DNA of 64,000 nucleotides. Source: Mytilus trossulus (taxonomy: Eukaryota). Below are positions 1 to 13,400 of the stretch, in pieces; positions within the stretch are counted from its first letter, which is position 1, and the number at the start of each line of letters is the position of its first letter. The notes below the pieces were generated by a model that was not told the DNA's origin, searched no databases, and was given only the letters and a program-made list of their open reading frames with translations. The stretch is taken from contig NC_086378.1 in NCBI RefSeq assembly GCF_036588685.1, positions 33,046,001-33,110,000 on the forward strand. Direction: 5' to 3'. The position numbers were made by a program, and so were the translations under genes.

Positions 1-1370
1 TTACCGGACCTACTCCTTTATAAAAATGACCACATTTTGTTTATGCATGTCAACACTTAAACGCTTAAGTTTTGACTTCTGGGATGGTGAAACCTCGGGG
101 ACGAAACGTCCACCAGCAGTGGCATCATAACATTATTATGTTGCACTCAATGAACTTAGATGATGTAAACGCTTTCTATCATTAAATAAAGACAACAGTA
201 GTATACCGATATTCAAATCTCGTATTTCGATTGAGAGAAAACAAATCCGGACAAAAAACTTAAACCAAGGGAAACACATCAGCTATGAACAATGAAATAA
301 CAGAACACAGAAGTGCAATAATAATAATAATTATATAATAATTAATTGAAAATGCATTTTGTTTTGTGAGTTATATTTACTCAATAGATATAGGAAGATG
401 TGGTGTGAGTGCCAATGAGACAACTCTCCATCCAAATAACAATTTAAAAATTAAACCATTATAGGTTAAAGTACGGCCTTCAACACAGAGCCTTGGCTCA
501 CACCGAACAACAAGCTAAAAGGGCCCCAAAATTACTAGTGTAAAACCATTCAAACGGGAAAACCAACGGTCTAATCTATATAAACAAAACGAGAAACGAG
601 AAACGCGTATATATTACATAAACAAACGACAACTACTGTACATCAGATTCCTGACCTAGGACAGGTGCAAACATTTGCAGCGGGATTCAAGTCTTTTTCT
701 GTCCTACAATATTTCAGCCAAGAACTTTAATTGCAAAATAAATGTAATCATTCATTGATTATTTGTTTTTGATAAACAATTGATTCTTCATGATGAAGTA
801 AATTTATTTATTATACTTTATGTTCAACTGCGGGATGTAGATTTGTTATTACAAGGGAGACAATTTATCAATGTCAATTTATCAAAAGCATCAACAGAAG
901 CGTGTTTTATTAAGGACACTTGTATACTTTTATAATTCATTAAGTTGAATCAAGCTGATTATTTTCTTGTATAATCAGTGGAGTGTTAAAAAAAAGGATA
1001 AGAGAAGCATGTACTTTCAGTGAGATTTCTAATAATCAAGATTTGATGAATGAACGTTAATGTGTTTAAAGAAATAAAACTACCAAAATGTGTATATATG
1101 TATTCCCATATATATAAACTTCAAACGTTTATGAAAATACAAAACGTATTGTAAAAATATCTGTCTAATTAATGTAAAAAGTGTTTGACATCGGTTTATA
1201 TTTTTAATGCTGGGTTGCTGTATCAAAGGCGTATTTCGTGCTCTCTTTTTCATTCACATAATAAATTAAATTATGTTTATGTATGTCATGGATTTGTACA
1301 GTTACAACTATAAAAGCCTTCTGCATTCTGAAGAAACAGCATTAATTTAACAGCAACTTTATCTTGATAG

Positions 1371-1456
1371 CTACATGTAACAGCGATATAGAACTTGCTG
1401 GAATAAGTGTTCAGAATGACGACAGTGAAAACCAAGAGACGTCTTGTAAGGATAAA
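1371..1456 (+). CDS. SLC4: SLC4 candidate exon (variable cytoplasmic region, TCNSDIELAGISVQNDDSENQETSCKDK)
   Basis: tag acceptor, perfect gtaagt donor, open frame, ends in phase 0 matching the next exon; no conserved motif. Confidence 0.6.
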
Positions 1457-4400
1457 GTAAGTTTTGATAATCAAGATAAAAGATATGCAATAGAAGTTAC
1501 AATTTTATGATATTCTATCACTCTTTCTGGGAGAAAATCATGGAGAGAGTCATTTGATCATTTCCATCTCTAAATTCACTTCATTACAGATCGACTAGGA
1601 TTTTTTCACCATATTGCCGACGTCTTTATTGTTGACGAAAAGTGATCAATTGAACTTACATAATTCAGTGAAAAAATTGACATTAAAATATCAATTTGAC
1701 GTTAAATACACCGACTATTGTACTAGATATTTTTTTTATACGTGCTAGCTGATCAAGACATATTTTTTTACAGTCCAATTCAACGTGTTTGAATAAGTTC
1801 CCCAATGGTGCAGAGGTTGCCAATGTATGGACTGGTGAATTTGAAGATTTAGAAAAAACAGTCACAGCATTCATTCGATTGAATGAACCCATATTTATTG
1901 GAGATTTATCACAAGTAGCATTACCGACCAGGTTCATTTTCCTTCATCTTACTCCCAAATCTGAACCGAGCTATGCATCTGAAATAGGAGGAGCTATTTC
2001 AAATATGATGGTCGATAAGGTGAGACATACAGGATAACATGTTAAATGACCTCCCTTAGATTAAACAAGAACCCCAAAATAATATTAGCTTAAGAATTAT
2101 ATTACCTCACCATATGAATTGTATTAATCTGTGATATTTGATATTCTCCGTCAAGTTTTACGTGTAACTAGTACAATATCTGGAAGAATGTTCAGATGAC
2201 AGCATAAAAAACAAGAATCGCGTTTCATCAATAAAAACATTAATTTTTCATATTTTTCAATGAATTGTCTATTAATAATTGGAACTTACTACACACAATT
2301 TTTTAAATACTTTATGATTATATTAAAATAATTCTCAAAAAAATATTTCGTGTTGCTAAGTCTTTACTCTTCAGAGTATCACTGTTAGGACTTTTATCTG
2401 TATATTCGTCGTGTTTTTTTTGTGTTTTTTTTTGTGGTGTTGTCAGTTTTTCTCCACTTTGAATGTTTCAGACACTTTTAAAAAGATTAGTATTTATTGA
2501 TTTGCTTAAATAATTTTGAAGACAAAATATGGCAATTGACAATTAAAAACATTGGCAGATTTTCAGCGAAGTTGCATACAAAGCAAAATCACGGAAAGAC
2601 ATTATACATGGATTCGAAGAATTTTTAGACCAGCTAACAGTAATTTCGCCAGGTCAATCGGATGACGACATTTGTATAGAACCACCAACAACATTACCTC
2701 TTCAGGTTTGTGAAGCTCATTCATACTGTAGTTTTTATTAAATCACCTCAACTCGAAAATTTCCACTTTTTAATTATTTTGTTTTAAATAATTTTTATCT
2801 GTTATATCAACATGTAGTTGTTGAGTTAGAATTTTTCAAAACATATTTTCGATGCTATTTATGACATAAGTTAATGCACAATTATATATGTGTTAGCATT
2901 AAGACATATTGCGTAACGAATCAATAACCAAAAATAACAAGATAAATAAAACATGTAATAGTCGGCATTCACTCTTCGACAATAATCACTTATTCACCAA
3001 AGCTATCGACAAGGTGTGTATGAGATAAGTTTTCAAATGCTCTTTCATGAATACCAAATTCTTTAAAGTAATATAGCTTTAAAATAAATGCATAAACAAA
3101 ACAATAACCAAAAGTGGTTTAAAAATTAATGAGACAGAAAAAAGGACAAAAATTAAATAAATTGAAAACGGAAATGGGAAATGTGTCAAAGAGACAACAA
3201 CCCGACCATAGAACAGACAACAGCAGAAGATCACCAATGGTTTGTCAATGCAGCGAGAAATTCTCGCACCCGGCGGCGTCTTTCAGCTGGCCCTCAACAA
3301 ATATATATACTAGTACAGTGATAATGAACGCCATTATCCGGGACGGCTACAGTGCAGGTGATTTGGTGTCACGATATCTCAGTAGCAGGGGTTTGAATCC
3401 CGGCGAGAGAAGAACAAATAATTTGCGAAAGCAAATTTACAGATCTTACATTGTTGGGTTGATGTTTAGGCAAGTTGAATATATATTATGTACACAGCCA
3501 TGTATCACCATCATTGCTGGTTATCCGATAGATACATCTGTTGTAGAGTTGTCACCGACGTACTTATAAGTATAAAAAATTAAAATATCTACATATAAAG
3601 TTTACTACTACAGGAAAGAAGAAAATTGCCATCTAAGGACGAATACAATACACAAATTGACGATACACTAGTCAAAACCGGGAGGTATGTCGAGATTTTA
3701 CCTTTAATGATTTCTTAGTTGAAACATTATCTTTGGTGTCAGTGATTATTTTATGATAAGGCAATCATAGATAATGACCAAATGAATTATGCATATATAT
3801 AAGAAGATGTGGAATTCGTGCAAATGAGATAAGTCTCTATCCCACTCACAATATATAAAAAGTAAACAATTGTAGGTCAAATAATGACCGTTAACACGCA
3901 GCTTTGGCTCACAGCAAAGGGCCAAACATGACTTTTGTAAAACATTTCAAACATGAAAACGAACAGACGAATTTATAAAAATAAAATGAGAAACTAGAAA
4001 CACTTATGAACTACTCCAACAAACGACAAGTACTAATCAACAGGTTCCTTACTTAGGACAGGTACTTACGAATATATGTTCCAAGTGTTGTATTCGGAAT
4101 TAAAGTACATTGTATGAGAATTTTATCCTTCTCAGTAAACAGGGACATTGTACTTAGCTTCTTTTTTTTTTATTTTAAAGATATTTTCTATTTCAGCTTT
4201 CAATATACAAAATAAAAATCTATTCGATTAAAAATTATTTATTTCATTGAGAAATAAGAAAATTTCAACATAATCCATGTCTAGTTTTTTAGTTTGTTTG
4301 CACTGTATTCCAGTCACGCAGTTTTCAACATTGTCATATAAGCGTAATGTTGACTAGATATCAACCCAATTTTTTATTCTTAAATTTTTCAATACCTAGT

Positions 4401-7400
4401 CAGGACAATGACAGTTGTTATTCAATAGTAGGGTTCAATGTATATTAGCGTTTGTTTATTTTGTTGTTTTTCAGTTTTTGATGTTCCTTTAATTTTTCTC
4501 TAACAGTTGATGTGTTTCTATCGGTTTTATTTTGTAACCCGGATTTCTTTTCTCATAATAAATTTATGACTTTAGAACAGCGGTATACAACTGTCGCTTA
4601 AATATATTATAGAATCATATTTAAAATTATTTAAAATATGACTTGCAGCAAAATATCCCTTCGTTGCCCTTCTCTCAATCACGATCAGAGAAATTTACTT
4701 ACTTATGATTTATTGTCTTTAAAAGGTGTCGACAGATACAAGAGGGACAATAAAACTCATTAGTCGAAACCGAGCTGATAACGCCATGGAAAAACAAGAC
4801 AGAAATAAAAACACAGACAAACAAAAGTACACAAAGCACAACATGGATAACTACAGAATAAGCAACACAAACTACACCGAAAACTTGGGGCTTTCGTGTG
4901 CTCCGAAAAAAGTAATCAGATTATGCTCCAAATATGGCACCCGACAGGAAATAATGTTGGAAATAATAGACATTGACAATGTAAGGACGAATATGTCTAT
5001 TACAGAATATTTCAACACATCTGTAGAGAAGTTTTTGCACTGGCTTTAACTGCAGATGCAACTTCCGAAATTTCTTTTCAATACATGTAATTTTAAGAAA
5101 ATAAATCGCAAAAGATTCACCATTTAGATGTTACATTTGATATTATGGATTTCTTTGCAGTTACCAAAGGACCGATTCAGACTAAGCTTTCCCTTATCTA
5201 TCTCCATTCAACTCCAAGGAAGAAATTTATTTGACGAATCTGTCGACCTATACAGATTTGTTGTGTAGTAATAATTGAATAAAGGAGGCAAAATTAGACA
5301 AAAATAATGATAATCATCCAAATTCATTCCTTGGTAAATTTTCCTACCAAATTTTGGATTATGCTTCTTCCTTTCTTTCTATCGTCAAACTTGGCCGTTA
5401 CCTTTAATCGCAAACTTTCACCAACAAAATTGGAAGGATCCTTTATCAACTTAAAAAAGTTCAAGTCACCGTTATAAATAATTGATAACGACACAAATCA
5501 AACATATATAGCCATAGTATTTCCAATGATACTAATCTGTTAGACTGTCCCTTTGGTGTCTTTCGTCCCTCTTTTACATCCCATAGGATAAAGATGTAAA
5601 AAAAAGGTATTACCGATAAATGTTTTCCAAATATTATGATAGTTGTGTTATCCTTTTGACGAGTAAAGAAATACACTTTTATGCCCCACCTACGATAGTA
5701 ATGGGGCATTATGTTTTCTGGTCTGTGCGTCCTTCCGTCTGTTCGTCTGTTCGTCCGTCCATTCGTCCCACTTCATGGTAAAGTTTTTGGTCAATGTAGT
5801 TTTTGATGAAGCTGAAGTCCAATCATTTTGAAACTTAGTACACATGGTCCTTATGATTTGATCTTTTTAAGTTAAAACAAAATTAGACTTTTGAACCCAT
5901 TTTCATGGTTCACTGAACATGGAAATTAAAAGTTTGAGTTTCAGGATAAAGTTTTTGGTCACGGTAGTTTTTGATGAAGTTAAAATCCAATCCACTTGAA
6001 ACTTAGTACACATGTACCCAATTTCACGGTCCATTGAACATGGAAAATGATAATGCGAGTGGGCATCCGTGTACTTTGGACATATTCTTGTTATTGTTGG
6101 TATTTTTGTAGATTTTTTGGAGGTTTAATCAACGATGTAAAACGAAAAATTTCTTTTTACACCAGTGACTTTAAGGATGGTGTTCACATACAGAGTATTG
6201 GTACTATATTCTACATGTATCTAGCTACATTGACGCTAAACATTTCATATGGATCTGTAATGAGTTTTATGACAGATTTCCACATGGTATTTAATTTTTT
6301 GTTATTTTCATTATTTATACAAATAAACAAAAAACATCCAGAAGGCATACAAAGATTTAAAAAAAAAAATCACAAAAATTTCTGAAAAGGAAAAAGGAAA
6401 GCTATCGGTTCATCCCCCATTTTCTACATGAGAAAATACCTGTACCATTTCTGGAATATGACAATGGTTATCCATTCGAATGATATGTTTGAGCTTTTAT
6501 TTTGCCATTTGATTAGGGACTTTCCCTTTTGAATTTTCCTCGGAATTAGGTAGTTTTATGATTTTAGATTTCTCTACACAGCTACTTTTGCATAGGTACT
6601 ATTTCTGTACTAAAATTCTGTAGTACTGGAAATGTACTTTTAATATTCAGTACCATTTTGTTACTTTCAAATTATTGTTATATTTAGGTACCTATGTTTT
6701 ACAATACTGAATTTGTACTAGAAATTTAGGTACTACAGATTTTTGGTTACTACCGTTACATTTTCAGCATTTTGAAAGTTTTTCTATTTCAACTCTCTTA
6801 AAATAATGATTTTCAAACATGGAATATTGTATTATTTCTGTACCAACATATTTAGTACAAATCAAGTACTGTAAAATATAAGTACCTAAATATTACAATA
6901 ATTTTAAAGTAAAGAAATAGTACTGAATATCAAAAGTAAATATCCAGTACTACATATTTTAGTACAGAAATAGTACCTTGTATGCAAAAGTAGCTGTGTA
7001 TACAGTATATCCACTTATGAAGAAGAGACGACACTTAAGGTGGTACCTAAGACTACAGGGAGATAACTCTGTAAAATCAACAGAACGTTTTAATGACGTT
7101 GTGTTCTTAAGGGAATATTAAGCTTCTCAACGATCAAAATAAGTGTTTGTCAAACTGCTATATAACCAGTGTAATATTTCTGATTAAACGGTTGGTTCAT
7201 TTTTTTTTGATTTTTTTTATATTTTTGTCAAAGGGTCAAAGTAAATACTTTGTCAAAATTTTAAAAAAATTAAACGAGCCAAATTACTTTTAGTTCAGGT
7301 GTTAGGTACCACCTTAATGGAGAACACATTATTAACTTTCATGAAGGATGTTTGTTCTTGTTTTGACTTTTTATCAGATGCTCCGAATTCTCAAATTAAT

Positions 7401-10400
7401 TTAAGTAGTTATCATACATTTTTTATCAAGCTTACCCCTATATTTTGTTTTATGTATATAGCTTAAAATGCAACGTATGAAACCTTTATGAAATTCTTGT
7501 CATTTATCAAAGTTTTTTTGAAAACAAAATGTGCAAAGGTTAAATGCATCAAAATTCTCGAAAGAATTATTTCCTTCTATATTTTAAATTGATTATTTAA
7601 AATAAAACAAGGTCAAACACTTTCAATTTTTTGTGCTTTTCATATCATTTCAACAGTATTTTAAAAAGCGTTTGTTTTGTTTCTAGAATTGTCCATAAGA
7701 AAAGAAAGTTTATAATTGAAAATACCTAGTTTTATACAGGATATAGTATTATATGCAAGAGTCAGTCAGGTATTTGCCATACAAACATATTTTTTTCAAA
7801 TTCCTGGCAACCTATTATACGTTAAAATAACATTATTCTCTATTTGAAGAAATAACAGTGTACTGAAAAGTAATTACAATATAGTTATCTTTATATTCCC
7901 ATATTCCCGTATAAATAATATCGTAGGTCATCAAAAGCTATGTCTATAGTTTGAAATACTCTGCAGCATAATTTTTTTTTGTTATGTTCACAGGGAACGA
8001 CGGAATGTCTTTTGGCTGCAGCTTTTGTAAATATTGCGTTTGCATTGTTTGGTGGACAGCCTCTTGTCATAATGGGTGTTTCCTTTCAGTTATTCACAAT
8101 TGAAATATCTATGTTTCGCCTTTGTCTGTAAGTACTTGACAATAGCAGTTATGATTAGCAGAAAATTTGGTAAATAGATGTTCAAGTAATGAAAAGATTT
8201 AAAAAAAGTTAAAGCATCTTTTTAAGGAAATTGTACAACTTTTATATAAGAGAAGCAAAAGAAACCAAACGAAAATTGAAATATCATAACTCGAATATTA
8301 ACATATTAACACAAGAGAGAACACTAACGACTGAGCAACACGAACCGCAACGAAAACTGGGGTTGCTATCACGTGCTACAGAAAGAAAACATATCGTGTT
8401 GCTTATAATAAGTTCAGAACCGGTAATAAGTTTCATTCGGTAAGTCATAATGTTATATGTGGCGAAGAAAGAAGATTTAATTTTCATTCTTGTTTTTTAT
8501 TCGTTGGATAACAAATTCAAAGGTAATGATTTTATTTTTCAGTGATTCCAATTGGGATTATCTATCATTCAGATGTATGATAGGTCTATGGTTAGCTCTG
8601 TATTTACTGATCATTGTTGTGTTTGATTTGAGTATAATAGTCAGATATATAACAAGATTTACACAGGAGATTTTTGTTTGCGTAATGGCTAGTATTTTCA
8701 TAATATATGAATCATTGACACGGTTTAGCAGATATCCCTCTTATACACACCATAACGTACCGTTTTGTACATGCACCTGTGTCCCTGATAACCAGACAAA
8801 AACTATGTATAATACTCCGTATATGGATTTCAATTCATCTATGTATACTCCGTATATGGATTTCAATTCATCTATGTATGAATTTATGCAAGATAATAGT
8901 ATACAGGAAGAAGTTTGCGCTAAATTAGGAAATAATTTGGAAGGTTCCGGTCGGGGTACACAAATTTACAATAGTGATGTGCGTTGGTTACCTGTAGTAC
9001 TCTGTATTGGAACTTTTATCATTGCTTGGAAGTTGGTTGAAATTAAGAAAAGTAGATTATTCCCAACAGTAGTAAGTTTATATTTATACCTATTGTGACT
9101 GAAAATCTCTTCTTTGCTATTTTATACAAAAAAATTTAGAACTTTAGAAAATTAGAAATAAGAATTTTTTTATTTTTATTATTAGAAACTAACTGTTATC
9201 AATATATATAAGTAAAGATAACTATTTATAGTAATGTAACTCCAATTAATAATTTTGAGATCGAAAAATTCTAGAAAACTATTTTTACGTTATATCAAAT
9301 TTGCTTACATTAATCACAAAGATGTTTAAGCATCTTCTATTGCATTTCAAAACTAGAATACTTTGTTTTATTTAAATTGTACCGCTTCAAGTAATTTAAA
9401 TCACTTCAAAATTCGTCATGAATTTATTAGGTCTTTCCACTTTTCCGTTTTTTTCTGATTTCTTTTTTCTTCCGCCAATTTTTTTCCTTGCTGAATTGAC
9501 GTTTCGCAAGATGTCGCTTGGAGAGTTGGAATATGATATACAGTTTGTACGCTTTTGTATCTACTTCTACGTAACAGAATACTTTCACCGAACAACTGTA
9601 TAAAAAACTGAAAAACTTATTTTTTCCAAATTGTTCGTTGTATCATCAGGATGTTCTGTTTTATTTTGATCGAAACCGTAAAGAGATTACATATGAGAGT
9701 TATTTCCCCTTTTGGTATTTGATATAAGTGAAATGTATTTTTATCTGGAAACGTATAAGTGATAGCGGCCTAGAGTCTTTTATTTGAGGTCCGAGGTCCA
9801 AAAAAATGCAAATGAGGTCAAGGTCAAAGGACAAGGTCATTTTCATAATTCAGATTTTGGGTTGTTATCTCTTATTTTCAGAAATCATATAAGATATCGA
9901 CAAAATATTTTCACATAATTGTTAGTTGTGACATGTCGTAACACGTAAATTTTAGTCGTAAGGGTACTTAGACATTTGATGCAAGTTTCCCACTTTTATA
10001 TCTAATATAAGTCGTATGGTAATATAACTCATTAACAATATAAAGTAGATGCCTGGAGTCTTTTCATTTGAGGTCCTTGGTATATAACCGTGAAATTGAG
10101 CTCAAGGTCATAGTTTAATAGGACACTCTAGATTTTGACCTTTGCTTTAAAGTCATATTTATACACCAAAATAGCCATAGGAACAGATATTTTAAACTGA
10201 TTTTCATAATTTTAAATCAAAATAGATCTTTATTGGTGGAAAGAGCATCAATTGTCTTAGAACAATTGGTTTTTAATTTTTATTTCTTTTTTGTTTAAAC
10301 ACATGACAAGCTCGACAATATCTTTACCATTATGATTGTATGAACTGGATTTGTTTTCAAAACTGCTAGCGTCGTTTAGATAATTTCTTTAACTTTCTTT

Positions 10401-13400
10401 ATCCTGTTTAAAAATGTATTCTTCATTGATACGAGACAAAAAAGCTAGTACGCCAGACGAAAGACTTATCTGTGATGCACAAAACAAAAAATAAAAAATA
10501 ATAATTACAGTTTATGCATTAAATAGCCATAACAATGTGTTCGTAGGTACGTCATACCATAGGAGACCTTTCAGTCTTCATCGCCACTTTTACAATGGTT
10601 CTAGTTGATGCACTACTGGGAGAACCAACTCCTAAGCTAACTCTGCCACATAAGATTCAGGTTTGTTTAATACATTCTCTTTCAAATATTTAGATATGAT
10701 ATATGTATAACTTATACCCTGTCGACGAACCCGTTTTAGCTCCTTTTGGAGATCATGAGAATCCCTTCATTTTGATTATCTTGATTTGCTTTTTTTAATT
10801 CTCCATTGGCAGTGCCTTCTTTATTTTTTTTTAGACATTTGTGAATAAACAGTAAATGTTTTTAATATTGACATGTGCATATTCAGTAATTCATCACACA
10901 TCTTATGAAAATAAACTCATGATATAAACCAGGATTAAATTTTGTATATACGTCACATGAGCATTTTGTCTTCAAAAGACTTTTCAGGGACGGTCGAATC
11001 CAAAAAAGTAAAAAAGGCCAAATAAGTACGAAGTTGAAGAGCATTGAAGACCGAAATTACTCAAAGTTTTGTCAAAATTTAACATTTTATTTACACCACA
11101 TTCCAAGCATTCTACAGATTGTTGTGTTAAGATTATTTATCCAATATTAAAGCTTTCCTATCCTGGAAGGGAATGGTTTGTAAGACCGTACAGCCCTTCT
11201 AATCCTTGGTGGACAATGCTACTAGCAGCTTTACCAGCGATTGTAACTTTAAAGGGGATTTTTGTGGATCAACATATTACAGTTGTTATCATAAACAGAA
11301 AGGAAAATAAACTAAAGGTTAGATTGCATGTCATAACTGTCTTGTTATCTCTGGGGACTATTTGTTTTAATGTATTCTAAAAATACGAAGATGTGGTTAT
11401 CAATGAGAAAACTCTGCGACAGAGACAAAATGACATAAGAGTTTCTACTAAATTTCACTGTAAGCCTTCATCAATGAGCAAAACTCATTAGGCATAAATT
11501 GCCATGCAATGACAAATATAAACTATGCAAACGGGAAAAGTAACGAACCAATTTGTGTACAAAACAATGAATACACACATTTCTTATTATTTTTTGTAAT
11601 ATCATAAAAAAAGTTAACTAAATAATAGCCAAAAAGTAATTTAAAGTCGCATTATCGAAAACAAGATTTTTTTATTCTTCTATATTTAATACTCGATTTG
11701 TTTCATTTGACTGTGCGGAGTTTAAACCGTTCTCTCATCATAGACTATTCCATCTTGGGCATCTAAAGATAGGTGTTTCGGAATAATATCATCAATGAAG
11801 TGTCCAGTTATGATCATTGATCCGGTAAAACATGTTAACACTATACGTGTATTCGCAAAGAAAATAGTGAGACACAGCCGTTTATCTAATTATTAAACGG
11901 AGTTTTAAAAAATGTTATAATTGTCACATAAAGAAAATTGTAGATATAAAAGATTTTTTTTGACGACGGCAGTTGCAAATTCTAATGCAACAACGTTTGT
12001 AACGTTCATTTTGATTAGATAACGTCATTTATTTACATGGCATCAATTGACAATTGATGCTAACGGACGTTGGCGCAAGCCCAGACGGCATATGACAAAT
12101 TTTAAATACATGTTTTAACGTTGATTTCTGTCAGTTTCATTAGAATGAAGATACAAATATTGTATTTTAAGCTCCGACGGCATCAATTGGGGATTTGATG
12201 GTCGCAAACGCGTCGCCAGTAAACTTTATTTGCGACCATCAAATCCCCAATTGATGCCATCGGCGCTTAAAATACAATACAGTTATCTCCTAAATATGCA
12301 TATTCCGTAATTCTATAACGTTTTAATATACTTTTTTTATTCCGATTTTTGTTGTTGGATGAGATTTCTTTTATTTGTACACATGTACAGCAAGAAGAAC
12401 TTTCTTTAAAGATTCTTCTTAAAGATAGAGGTCTCAGTATCAAATTTTAATAAATCACAACCAGAATTATCAGAATATCTAAAAGATTTGTGTATTATTG
12501 ACCGTTCTTCTTATTTTCTTTCTCTCTCTTTATCTTGTTTTTTAAGTGTATGCGCGAATGGGATGCTTACACTGTCTCTATTTGTTTTTGATTGTTCCAT
12601 ATTTTTAACCCATTTTGATCTATGTTGGTCAATTATCTTTTTTTTTTAAAACAATGTTGCATGACTGCCAAATAGACAACTCCCTATAAGAGACCAAATA
12701 ACACAGAAATCGACAGCTATAGGACACCGTATGGTCTTCAACAATGAGCAAATCCAATACCGCATACATAGTCAGCTATATTTAAGAAGAAAAATATGAT
12801 GTAAATATCTGCTTTCCAATATTATAATATTATTTGACAATAACAATCAAAATCAAGGAGTAAACAGTAAATCAGGTGCTCCGGAAGGGTAAGCATTTCC
12901 TGTACAGTATACGGCACTCGTCTTGTAATTTTTTGTTCAGTTCGAAAAATTATTCTATTCCTCCAATATCATACACTCATTTTTTTTTTGAGTTTGTTTG
13001 GTGACAATAATGGGTGATTACAAATCAAAAGTTTTTATAATGCCAACTACGGTAATCATCCTTATAACACACATGTATATCTTCTAATAAACTGTTCTTA
13101 TGCAAATTAAAACGTAAGCTCCGCCCGATCAGTTGAAATAACATTGGTAATACACATATATTGTTTTGCACTTATCTAGTTTTTCTCTAGTTATTGTGAA
13201 ATAACATCATCAAATGTGCTCGAGTCAAACAAACACAATTGTAAATAAGGGCAATACAAAATGTTTAAAGCAAAACAAACAACTAGGCAAATTTACGTGT
13301 GAAGTGTAGCTTTCGACAGTTAGCTGTGTGGTATGTTAACTTCACTGTATAGTGTGTGTTTTTGTACCATCAAGTACAAGCCAACTTTTGATTATGGAGA

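Noticed and set aside
3340-3410. tRNA gene
   Set aside because: Only a B-box-like motif; no cloverleaf, and it continues into a SINE-like body.
3129-3569. 146-aa ORF
   Set aside because: Spans two repeat fragments inside an SLC4 intron; no protein features.
4726-5049. 107-aa ORF
   Set aside because: Antisense reading of a family-B repeat.
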